NCBI RefSeq assembly: GCF_000009705.1
Contig: NC_003272.1
Coordinates: 1,290,001-1,322,000 of the forward strand
Direction: 5' to 3'
Length of the DNA: 32,000 nt
Source of the DNA: Nostoc sp. PCC 7120 = FACHB-418
GTDB lineage: Bacteria > Cyanobacteriota > Cyanobacteriia > Cyanobacteriales > Nostocaceae
Shown here piece after piece: positions 16,700 through 26,000 of the stretch (position 1 is the first letter of the stretch; every line of letters starts with the position of its first letter). The notes beneath the pieces were generated by a model. It made no database searches, was not told the origin of the DNA, and worked only from the letters and a program-made list of their open reading frames with translations. Position numbers and translations under genes: made by a program.

Positions 16700-16906
16700 A
16701 TGGATAATCTAGAATCCAAAATTATTGAAATTCTAAAGCATGGCACTCCATTAAGAGCAGTAAATATCGCTCAGATGCTAGGAGTAGAAAGACGAGAAGT
16801 AAGCATAGCCAATACCGCTTATCAAAAAGGACAGTTAAGCTTTTGGAAGGCTAATCGTTTAACGATCGCACTAGTATCTGTTGCCTTAAATCTTGATACA
16901 TTCTAG
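16700..16906 (+). CDS. Small winged-helix-like ORF (68 aa), possibly decayed
   Basis: LESKIIEILKHGTPLRAVNIAQMLGVERREV looks like helices 1-3 of a small wHTH. The C-terminal 35 aa have no recognisable character. The ORF end overlaps the convergent GT2 gene by 4 nt. Confidence 0.35.
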   Translation: MDNLESKIIEILKHGTPLRAVNIAQMLGVERREVSIANTAYQKGQLSFWKANRLTIALVSVALNLDTF

Positions 16907-17859
16907 TTTGATTGCCTCAACTTCATCAACTTTAATTTTACCGCCCTACCCCAGACTTTAGGTATAGCGTATATTTGCCAGAGGATCAGATTCCACAAAT
17001 ACCCATATTGCGGATAACATTTAAGCAACAATAAGTCTGCTATTACGTGTAATCTAGTTTCTTTTAAGGAATTATCTCTAACAATATATCTAATTTGTTC
17101 TGGTTTTGGTGTAGCGTGACCAATTATGACTTCTTTTTCATAGAATTTTGCTTGCACAAATAAACCCAGCATTCTATCCAAATTCCATAAAGGAATCCAA
17201 GTTAAAGCACCAAAAATATTCATTGCGGTTGATAATTCGTAGAGTGCAGCTTTCACTCGCTCTGTTTTCCAAATTCTGTTATTAAAGTTTTCAAAATGAA
17301 TCCCGCTTTGGTCTTTTCTTTGATGCCAGGGGAAGATTATATGTCTAATATCTACCGATTTATCTAAGGGAGCGATGGGAACTTCTAATAGACCTTTGTA
17401 GTTCCCTTTTTGGAAGGGAAAAGGATTTTCCGGTGTTTTCTTACATATTTCTAGTTGTTCAACATCAGGATTTGGCTCCCAATCTTTTTGAATTCGTACT
17501 TCATCGGTATATTGAATATTTTCAATCTTTAATCTTAAAACCCAACTTTCAGGAAAGAGCCGGAAATATTTAAATGTTAAATCTAAAATATCAGGATGAA
17601 CATAATCATCATCATCTAATGCGAGAACATACTCACTTTCAACGTTGAGTAAACCTGTAAATCTTTGAATCACTTCACCTTTATAGGGACTTCTGAGATT
17701 CTTTATCCTAGAATCATCTATATTTCTAATAGTTCCTTCCGGTGGATAAACTAAAATAAATTGGACATTTCCTTGAATTTTTAATAATTGCTCTAACCAA
17801 TAATCTGTAAAATTGCCGCGTGTTGGAGTAACAATTGTTAAAAGAGGGTTGCTATTCAT
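16903..17859 (-). CDS. Family 2 (GT-A) glycosyltransferase
   Basis: N-terminal LLTIVTPTRGN and an acidic DxD-type motif (LALDDDDYVHPD). AT-rich. Confidence 0.75.
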   Translation of the reverse strand: MNSNPLLTIVTPTRGNFTDYWLEQLLKIQGNVQFILVYPPEGTIRNIDDSRIKNLRSPYKGEVIQRFTGLLNVESEYVLALDDDDYVHPDILDLTFKYFRLFPESWVLRLKIENIQYTDEVRIQKDWEPNPDVEQLEICKKTPENPFPFQKGNYKGLLEVPIAPLDKSVDIRHIIFPWHQRKDQSGIHFENFNNRIWKTERVKAALYELSTAMNIFGALTWIPLWNLDRMLGLFVQAKFYEKEVIIGHATPKPEQIRYIVRDNSLKETRLHVIADLLLLKCYPQYGYLWNLILWQIYAIPKVWGRAVKLKLMKLRQSN

Positions 17860-18037
17860 ATATGGATTTCTTGAAAGCTTGACTACAAATACTAATTACT
17901 GGAAAGGTTTAAAAAATTATTTTCTGCTAAGAATAATAGACTAAATGAGTAATTTATTTTCAGAAATATCAACTTTTACAAGATACATCATACAGGTAAT
18001 AAAATGTATTTATTAAATAAAGGAGTATAACAATTAT

Positions 18038-19267
18038 ATGCGAATCCTGATGCTCTCTTCTACCTTTCCTTATCCGCCTAGTCGTGGTGGTACGGAAATT
18101 AGAACTTTTAATTTACTTAAATACCTCCAGCAAAATCATGATGTGACTTTAGTGACGCAGTATAACAAAAGCGTGACAGATGCTGAAGTGGCAGAACTAC
18201 GTAAATATGTCAGTGAACTGCTGATTTTTCCCTTACCACCGGAACCCCAGTCGAAAAATGCCGTTGCTAAATTGTTAGGGAAAACTGGACGTTTTCTAGA
18301 GTCAGTGGGGAAGGCGACACCACCCAATGTTCTTTATCGCTATTCGCCAGAAATTCAAGCTTTAGTTGATAGTTGCGTTCAAGCTAAAAAATATGATGTG
18401 ATTACTTGTGAACATAGTGTGAATGAAATTTATATCCGCCCAGAATTTCGTCATAGTGTAACTACCGTTGTAGACGTTCACAGTTCAGTTTATGGCTGGA
18501 TTCGTGACCATTTAGAAATGGGTGCAGCACAGAATGTAATACGCGATCGCCTATATCTTTCTCTGGTGCTGAAGCGTTACGAACAGCGATACTGTAGTAA
18601 ATTTTCTCAGATTGTGGTGACAACCCAAGACGATCGCCAGGAATTTCTCAAACTCCGCCCCGATATTGATATTAAAGTCATTCCCAACGGTGTAGATTTA
18701 GAATTGTTTCCCAATCGTTGCCAAGACCCAGCCGGACATAGTTTAATCTTTGTGGGGGCAATGGACGCTTCTCATAACATTGATGCAGCACGTTTTTTTG
18801 CTGTCGAAGTTTTACCACAACTACAACAGCGTTATCCTGACGCGACATTTAGTATTGTCGGCGCTAGACCAACGCCAGAAATTGAAAATCTCAAGAATAT
18901 TCCAGGGGTAATAGTTACCGGTCGTGTGGCTTCGATGGTAGATTATCTGCATCAATCTACCGTGTGTGTAGTGCCGTTACGTACAGGCTTTGGCATTAAA
19001 AATAAAACTTTAGAAGCAATGGCGGCTGGTGTGCCTGTAGTAGCTAGCGATCGCGGTTTAGAGGGGTTAGCCGTTGATGGTGATAATACAGCTTTAGCAG
19101 CATTGCGAGCCAATAAGCCAGCAGAATATGTTGACGCTATTAGTCAATTATTTGAGAATACCCAACTGCGATCGCAATTATCCCACAATGGCAGAAAACT
19201 AGTAGAAGCTGAATTTACCTGGGAGATAGCTGGTATGCGTTATGAGCAAGTTTGTTTGAATAGGTAA
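18038..19267 (+). CDS. Family 4 (GT-B, Glycos_transf_1) glycosyltransferase
   Basis: MRILMLSSTFPYPPSRGGTEIRTFNL N-terminus. C-terminal half has LIFVGAMD...GRV...VCVVPLRTGFGIKNKTLEAMAAGVPVVAS (E-x7-E region). Confidence 0.9.
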   Translation: MRILMLSSTFPYPPSRGGTEIRTFNLLKYLQQNHDVTLVTQYNKSVTDAEVAELRKYVSELLIFPLPPEPQSKNAVAKLLGKTGRFLESVGKATPPNVLYRYSPEIQALVDSCVQAKKYDVITCEHSVNEIYIRPEFRHSVTTVVDVHSSVYGWIRDHLEMGAAQNVIRDRLYLSLVLKRYEQRYCSKFSQIVVTTQDDRQEFLKLRPDIDIKVIPNGVDLELFPNRCQDPAGHSLIFVGAMDASHNIDAARFFAVEVLPQLQQRYPDATFSIVGARPTPEIENLKNIPGVIVTGRVASMVDYLHQSTVCVVPLRTGFGIKNKTLEAMAAGVPVVASDRGLEGLAVDGDNTALAALRANKPAEYVDAISQLFENTQLRSQLSHNGRKLVEAEFTWEIAGMRYEQVCLNR

Positions 19268-19270
19268 GTG

Positions 19271-21478
19271 TTATTGATGCAGAGAATTAAGAGATGCGAT
19301 CGCCTGGGGTGGAATATTCGTAAACCGGATGACAAACAAATCTGCATCAGATTGTTTCATCACCTTGGCATATATGTCTGCTGTTGCGAGTTCTGGTTTA
19401 TGTAGTAACTTGAGCTTGAGATTAGCTAATTTTTCTAAAGTATGGGGTGAGTGTAGCAAGGCTTTTTTTTCAGAAACGCTGACTAATTCACCCCGAAATA
19501 CTTCACCAACTGCCTGTTTACCTTGCAACACTTGATATTCCACAGGTACAGGTGATTGCAATTTCACCATCAGATCATTATCTTCTGGTAAAGACAGGTT
19601 ATATGCACCACCGATACCACTAATTTCATATATGGTGATTGGTTCCTTAATTCCCTTGGGTTCGATTTGCATTTGTCCAGCAATTTGCAAATCAGTATTA
19701 GCATCTTGGCGAGTATTTTCGGAAATTAAAATTTGTCCTCCTACAGTGTAAGTCTCAATGCGGGCAGCTAGATTTACGTGACTACCAATAACTGTATATT
19801 GGGCGCGTTTTTGTGAGCCAATATTGCCGGCGACAACTTCACCCGTGTTAATCCCAATGCCCATTTCTAGCTGGGGTAGGTTCATTTGGTGAGTTTTTGC
19901 ATTCACCTGCTGCATCGCTCGTTGCATGGCGATCGCACAGGCGATCGCTCTTTGGGAGTCATCAGGGCGACAAATAGGCGCGCCGAACATGATGAAAATC
20001 CCATCGCCGATAAACTCATTAATTGTGCCTTTATATTGGTTAATCACATCTGTCATTACCCCCAAATACAGATTGAGAATCTGCACCACTTGTTCAGGGG
20101 ATAATTGTTCAGACATGGCAGAAAAGCCGCGCAAGTCGGAAAATAACAGCGTTACCTTACGCCGTTCACCACCTAACTTTAAACCTGATGGAGTTTCTAG
20201 GATATTGGCGAGGACTTCATCAGTTAGGTAGCGTCCGAGGTTTTTTCGCATTTCCCCGGCGCTTTGGGCGATGTAGAGAGTAACAGCGATCGCTGATCCG
20301 CCAAATGCTAGCAAAGATGGGACAATGGGAATCCACCAACCAGCGACAAACGCCAACAAGCTACCAGCAATTACAACGCCACCAATCAGGGGAATACCCA
20401 CAGCTAAAACAATCTTTTGATTTTTACTACTGCGTTGCTGCCAACATAAACTAGCCCCAATAATCGACCAAACTAAAATTAACAGCCATTCCCCAGTCTC
20501 AGGTAAAGTCTGAATTTGGGGGCGACTATCCAAAGCTGCACTCAAAATTTGGCTGACTAAATTAGCGTGAATTGTCACACCCGCCATTCGTTCTGGGGGC
20601 GTAAATAAATTACTGCTGTATGGTGTGTAGAATATATCTTTCAAACTCTCAGCCGTTGCCCCAATTAATACCACCTTTCCCCGCATCAAGTCTGCTGGAA
20701 TCTGCTTCTGTTGCACTTGATTTAAGGTAACGGTGGTAAATTGCTGGATGCGTCCCCGGTAATTTAACAGGATTTGATAACTCCGTGCATCGGCGCGGAC
20801 ATAACCCCCATCATTAGCCTCAAAAATTGGGAATACCCCGTGATTTAACTGCAAATAATTAGGGTTACTAGCGGCTGGCTTTTCAGTAATCTTTTCCGGC
20901 TTTAAGTACAGCAATGCCAATTTTAGGGCAAAACTTTCGAGAACATCTTCCTCATTAACATTGACATACAGCAATCCCCGGCGAATCTTCCCATCCCCAT
21001 CTAGTGGTAAATCATTGGAACCAATTTGGTTATTTTCCTTAAGTACTGGAGCCGCATTCACAGCCGAACTATCTCTAGTGTCAGAGAGTTTCTGCACCCC
21101 AATCAAGTTAGGCGTGGATGCAAACAATTTAACTAAAGTTTCATGCCCAGGATTAACAGGTAAATCACGGTAAATATCTAACCCGATCGCCCGTGGTTGT
21201 TGTTGTTTAATAGTATCTAATACGCTAGCCATTGCGGCATCAGACATCGGCCATTGTGTCTGTTTGCGGACATCCGCCTCATTAATCTCGACTATCACAA
21301 TGCGGGTGTCTGGCGGTTCTGGTGGACGCAGCAAAAAAAACTGGTCTAATGCTGCTAACTCTAGTAACTGCAACAGACCTGTCAACCGTAGACCAATCAC
21401 CAGAATTGTCATACTCGGAACCGCAAATACAACCCCGCGCCATTGCCAAAATAGGGGTTTCAGCTTTGCCCAGATCAT
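19271..21478 (-). CDS. cyaA: CHASE2-sensor class III adenylate cyclase with an uncharacterised C-terminal extension of about 110 aa
   Basis: An N-terminal TM is followed by a periplasmic CHASE2-like region (IVIVEINEADV...IGLDIYRD...LIGATAESLKD.FYTP), a TM cluster, then a CYCc domain (VTLLFSDLRGFS...NEFIGDGIFIMFGAP...GIGINTGEVVAGNIGS...YTVIGSHVNLAARIE). I set the start at the ATG at 21478 because it forms an ATGA overlap with the upstream gene's stop. The gene symbol comes from my recollection of Anabaena cyaA architecture. Confidence 0.85.
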   Translation of the reverse strand: MIWAKLKPLFWQWRGVVFAVPSMTILVIGLRLTGLLQLLELAALDQFFLLRPPEPPDTRIVIVEINEADVRKQTQWPMSDAAMASVLDTIKQQQPRAIGLDIYRDLPVNPGHETLVKLFASTPNLIGVQKLSDTRDSSAVNAAPVLKENNQIGSNDLPLDGDGKIRRGLLYVNVNEEDVLESFALKLALLYLKPEKITEKPAASNPNYLQLNHGVFPIFEANDGGYVRADARSYQILLNYRGRIQQFTTVTLNQVQQKQIPADLMRGKVVLIGATAESLKDIFYTPYSSNLFTPPERMAGVTIHANLVSQILSAALDSRPQIQTLPETGEWLLILVWSIIGASLCWQQRSSKNQKIVLAVGIPLIGGVVIAGSLLAFVAGWWIPIVPSLLAFGGSAIAVTLYIAQSAGEMRKNLGRYLTDEVLANILETPSGLKLGGERRKVTLLFSDLRGFSAMSEQLSPEQVVQILNLYLGVMTDVINQYKGTINEFIGDGIFIMFGAPICRPDDSQRAIACAIAMQRAMQQVNAKTHQMNLPQLEMGIGINTGEVVAGNIGSQKRAQYTVIGSHVNLAARIETYTVGGQILISENTRQDANTDLQIAGQMQIEPKGIKEPITIYEISGIGGAYNLSLPEDNDLMVKLQSPVPVEYQVLQGKQAVGEVFRGELVSVSEKKALLHSPHTLEKLANLKLKLLHKPELATADIYAKVMKQSDADLFVIRFTNIPPQAIASLNSLHQ

Positions 21479-22242
21479 ATTTTTTTGGCAATTTCCGACT
21501 TGCAGCAATCGAGTAGAGGTTCAGAGGCGATCGCATTTAATTGAACTGACTGTAAAAATTGCCGCCAGTTTACGAAGTAAGTTGGATTCTTGGGTTCACG
21601 ACGGCGTAACTGCACCAAACTAGCCAACGCTTCATGCCAAATTCCCGCCTCTGCATAGATAGAGGGTAACTTTCTTGCATCTGCCTTGGCTAACGCCCGT
21701 GATAAAGATGATTCTGGTTGAATCCGTTCTACCCAACCATCAACTGTAGGATTAGTACTAAAATCTGGCAGATCACAAACCAACGTTAAGTACCATCGGT
21801 AACTTTTACCTATTTCTAATGGGGGTGAATTTGGCGGTAGAGTATAGCTGATGATGCCAGTTTTATTAGGTAGTTTGAGCGTGGTTTCATAAAATATTTT
21901 TTTGTCAGCATCATTCAACAGCACCAAATCAGCCGTTTTCGCTGAAGATGATGGGATAGACCAAAACAAAGTTGGACGTTGGGCAAGTGTCAACCCTAAT
22001 TTATTTCCAGGGATAAGGGGAGTGATGGACTTATTCCCGGTAATGCAGGAGGAACCACGGCTAGAACCGCCAGCACTAACAGGAGGGCCTTGCCGTTTTG
22101 GGGGTTTAAAAGCTTGACTAATTTGCCAACCCTTTTGGGTATGGGATGACTGCGCCTGTGTCTTCTGTATCGTTGCAGCAGAAAGCGGTAAGCAGTTCAA
22201 AGTCAGGAAAAAGGCGACAACAGATAAATGATTACATCTCAT
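21475..22242 (-). CDS. DUF928 family secreted protein
   Basis: Signal peptide (SVVAFFLTLNCLPLSAA). Family-typical blocks: PPKRQGPPVSAGGSSRGSSC, LTLAQRPTLFWSIP, IGKSYRWYLTLVCD, VDGWVERI, IYAEAGIWHEALASLVQLRR. Its TGA stop overlaps the cyclase ATG. Confidence 0.7.
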   Translation of the reverse strand: MRCNHLSVVAFFLTLNCLPLSAATIQKTQAQSSHTQKGWQISQAFKPPKRQGPPVSAGGSSRGSSCITGNKSITPLIPGNKLGLTLAQRPTLFWSIPSSSAKTADLVLLNDADKKIFYETTLKLPNKTGIISYTLPPNSPPLEIGKSYRWYLTLVCDLPDFSTNPTVDGWVERIQPESSLSRALAKADARKLPSIYAEAGIWHEALASLVQLRRREPKNPTYFVNWRQFLQSVQLNAIASEPLLDCCKSEIAKKI

Positions 22243-22348
22243 GATTTGTAGAAATGCTCTAGTGTGAGTTTGAAAAGATGCGGGACTTGTGCAAAGCGAT
22301 ACTTAGAGGATGCTTGAAAAGTCCCTGACAATGTATCAAATACTTTCA

Positions 22349-22422
22349 GATCCCCCTAAATCCCCCTTCAAAAGAGGGACTTTGATTGTTGTTCCCCTTA
22401 AAAAAGGGGGGTTAGGGGGATC
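22349..22422. mobile_element. 74-bp palindromic element with gatccccc termini, copy 2
   Basis: gatccccctaaatcccccttcaaaagagggactttgattgttgttccccttaaaaaaggggggttagggggatc. It has the same length and architecture as 8329-8402. It is flanked by an imperfect outer inverted repeat: cttagaggatgcttgaaaagt (about 22301-22321) with acttttaaaacaacctcttag (about 22451-22471). Confidence 0.7.
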
Positions 22423-22617
22423 AATAAGTGCTTAAAATCACAGCTAACTACTTTTAAAACAACCTCTTAGTAGAAAGGTAGACACTCACCTGGTTACATC
22501 AAGTGTTCCCAAAATTCAGCCCAGACTTGTATCAGTTCAAAATTTTAAATAATTCCGGCGGAAGTTACCTGTTTCGCTTCTTTTCGGGTGGATAACTCAT
22601 GTTTGCTCATTTGTTTT

Positions 22618-22860
22618 TTAAAATTTTTGCTTAATATTCCTACCTTCTATATCTAAAGATATATGCCATAAGAAATAGGTAATAAAACTATTATTTTGTA
22701 GATATCTAAAAATTTTACTAGTAACTACTTCAGAGACTAAATAGCGGCTATGATTTCCTAAGCAGCCATCATGAACCACCCACACCAAAAGGGATGAAAA
22801 AGCTTTCTTTCCTTCTATTTTTAGCTTTCTGTCTTCTGCCTTGTTTAAGTCAGCCGTCAT
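22618..22860 (-). pseudogene. Possible decayed fragment of an IS630/Tc1-like DDE transposase C-terminus
   Basis: SLLVWVVHDGCLGNHSRYLVSE loosely resembles the (I/L)VWDNxxxHxSxxV block. ITYFLWHISL loosely resembles NPIExLWxxLK, but the acidic residue is lost. The ORF is AT-rich and isolated in an 840-bp intergenic region. Weak by-eye similarity only. Confidence 0.2.
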
Positions 22861-23083
22861 GTATTGCCTACAGAAAAATTAAAGAAAATATTTATTCTGT
22901 CTATTTTTGGTGTCTTTATGCTGCAATATTTCTCACCAATAAGTGTTAGAAATAGCATTTTTTATCTAGCATGGGACAGGGATTAAGAACTCCTGAGGAT
23001 ACAGCAAGATAATATTTCTACTCAAATTACTCTCAAATATTTGTGGGGGTAAAAATAAACGGTAATTTCTAAAGGGCTAGACT

Positions 23084-26000
23084 ATGGCAACCGAACAGTT
23101 AACTAGAGAAAGCGATGAATTAGACTTAAAACAGCTATTAAAAACCTTAACTGCTGTCAAAAAAGGTGATTTCTCTGCTCGGATGCCCATAGACCAAACA
23201 GGTGTAGCTGGTAAGATAGCCGATACGCTCAACGATATTATTGACCAGAATGAGCGCATGGCAGCAGAGCTAAAGCGCATTAGTAATGTTGTGGGCAAAG
23301 AAGGCAAGATTACTGAACGGGCTTCTTTGGGAAATGTGCGTGGTTCTTGGTCAGATAGTGTTAATTCTGTCAATACTCTCATTACAGATTTAGTCCAGCC
23401 GACGGCAGAAACTACGCGGGTAATTCGGGCTGTAGCTAATGGGGATTTATCACAAACGATCGCCACAGAAATTGATGGTAGACCCCTAAAAGGTGAATTT
23501 CGCCAAACTGCCAATATAGTTAACACGATGGTGACGAGGCTGAGTTCCTTTGCGGGTGAGGTGACGCGGGTAGCCAGAGAGGTGGGAACTGAGGGGAAAC
23601 TAGGGGTGCAAGCCGAAGTCCAAGGTGTGGCGGGGACTTGGAAAGACTTAACTGATAATGTCAACCTGATGGCGGGGAACCTCACCGGACAAGTGCGGAA
23701 CATTGCGGAAGTGGCGACGGCGATCGCTAATGGTGACTTATCGAAGAAAATTACTGTGGATGTGAAGGGGGAAATTCTGGAGTTGAAAAACACCGTCAAT
23801 ACAATGGTGGATCAACTTAACTCCTTTGCATCAGAAGTTACACGGGTGGCGCGGGAAGTAGGGACGGAAGGGAAGTTAGGCGTACAAGCAGAAGTCAGAG
23901 GGGTGGCGGGTACTTGGAAAGACTTGACAGATAATGTGAATTTGATGGCGGGGAACCTGACAGCCCAGGTAAGAAATATTGCCGAGGTGACAACGGCTGT
24001 AGCTAATGGTGACTTGTCGAAGAAAATTACTGTCAATGTCAAGGGCGAAATTTTGGAGTTGAAAAACACCGTCAATATCATGGTGGATCAACTTAATTCC
24101 TTTGCATCAGAAGTTACCAGGGTAGCGCGGGAGGTAGGCGCGGAAGGAAAATTAGGCGGTCAAGCAGAAGTCCGAGGGGTGGCGGGTACGTGGAAGGATT
24201 TGACTGATAGCGTCAACTTCATGGCGGGGAGTTTGACGGCGCAGGTAAGAAATATTGCCGAAGTGACAACGGCGGTAGCTACTGGCGATTTGTCGAAAAA
24301 AATCACCGTGGATGTGAAGGGCGAAATTTTGGAGTTGAAAAACACTATTAATACAATGGTGGATCAACTTAATTCTTTTGCATCAGAAGTTACAAGAGTG
24401 GCGCGGGAAGTAGGGACGGAGGGGAAACTAGGCGTACAGGCGGAAGTGCGCGGGGTGGCGGGGACGTGGAAGGATTTGACCGATAATGTGAATTTGATGG
24501 CGGGTAACCTGACGGGACAGGTGCGGAATATTGCCGAAGTAGCGACAGCGATCGCCAATGGTGACTTATCGAAAAAAATTACTGTGGATGTGCGGGGCGA
24601 AATTTTCGAGTTGAAGAACACCATCAATATCATGGTGGATCAACTGAGTTCCTTTGCATCGGAAGTTACTAGGGTGGCGCGGGAAGTAGGCAGCGAAGGA
24701 AAGTTAGGTGTACAAGCCGATGTTCGGGGTGTGGCGGGTACGTGGAAGGACTTGACCGACAGTGTAAATTTCATGGCGGGGAGTTTGACGGCACAGGTAA
24801 GAAATATTGCGGAAGTGACGACGGCGGTAGCTACTGGCGACTTATCGAAAAAAATCACCGTCGATGTGAAGGGCGAAATTCTCGAATTAAAAAACACCGT
24901 CAACACGATGGTAGATCAACTCAACTCCTTTGCGTCGGAAGTCACCAGGGTAGCGCGGGAGGTGGGAACAGAAGGGAAATTGGGCGTACAAGCAGAGGTG
25001 AAGGGCGTAGCGGGGACGTGGAAGGACTTGACCGACAGCGTTAACTTTATGGCGGGGAGTTTGACAGCCCAGGTAAGGAACATTGCCGAGGTGACGACGG
25101 CTGTAGCCAATGGCGACTTGTCGAAAAAAATCACCGTGGATGTGAAAGGGGAAATTCTGGAGTTGAAAAACACTATTAATACAATGGTGGATCAACTCAA
25201 TTCCTTCGCCTCAGAAGTCACCAGGGTAGCGCGGGAGGTAGGCAGCGAGGGGAAATTGGGTGTACAAGCCTACGTCCGGGGTGTGGGTGGTACGTGGAAA
25301 GATTTGACAGATAACGTTAACTCGATGGCGGGGAACCTCACAGCCCAGGTCAGAAATATTGCCGAAGTCACGAAGGCGGTAGCCAATGGCGACCTGTCGA
25401 AGAAAATCACCGTGGATGTGAAAGGGGAAATCCTCGACTTAAAGAACACTATTAATACAATGGTGGATCAACTCAGTTCCTTTGCCTCAGAGGTGACGCG
25501 GGTGGCGCGGGAGGTGGGAACCGAGGGCAAATTAGGCGGTCAAGCCTTGGTGCAAGGTGTGGCGGGGACGTGGAAAGATTTGACTGATAACGTCAACTCA
25601 ATGGCGGGGAACTTGACAGCCCAAGTGCGAGGGATCGCCAGAGTGGTGACGGCGGTGGCGAATGGCGACTTGAAACGCAAACTGATGTTAGATGCCAAAG
25701 GGGAAATTGAAACCTTGGCGGAGACAATTAACGAAATGATTGACACCCTAGCCACCTTTGCCAATCAGGTGACGACAGTGGCGCGGGAAGTGGGGATAGA
25801 AGGAAAATTAGGTGGTCAAGCCAAGGTTCCAGGGGCGGCGGGGACATGGAAAGATTTGACCGACAACGTAAATGAGCTAGCGGCTACCCTCACCACCCAA
25901 TTAAGAGCGATCGCCGAAGTGGCTACAGCCGTCACCAAGGGCGATTTAACCCGTTCCATCGCTGTAGAAGCCCAAGGAGAAGTGGCAATTCTCAAAGACA

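Noticed and set aside
21479-21508. Track start of the cyclase at 21508 (MLQVGNCQKN...)
   Set aside because: It would overlap the DUF928 gene by 34 nt. The ATG at 21478 gives the classic ATGA stop/start overlap and begins right before the first hydrophobic segment.
19329-21623. Several plus-strand ORFs (60-119 aa) and the 84-aa minus-strand ORF at 21282-21536
   Set aside because: They are antisense to, or out of frame with, the CHASE2 cyclase and DUF928 genes. None has motifs.
23077-25173. A series of minus-strand ORFs (240, 89, 71, 61, 89, 88, 102 and 85 aa, and others) with repetitive sequences such as [22 protein letters not shown]
   Set aside because: They are antisense shadows of the 276-bp HAMP repeats. 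Their periodicity simply mirrors the plus-strand kinase ORF, which is continuous for 5.8 kb with clear domain motifs.
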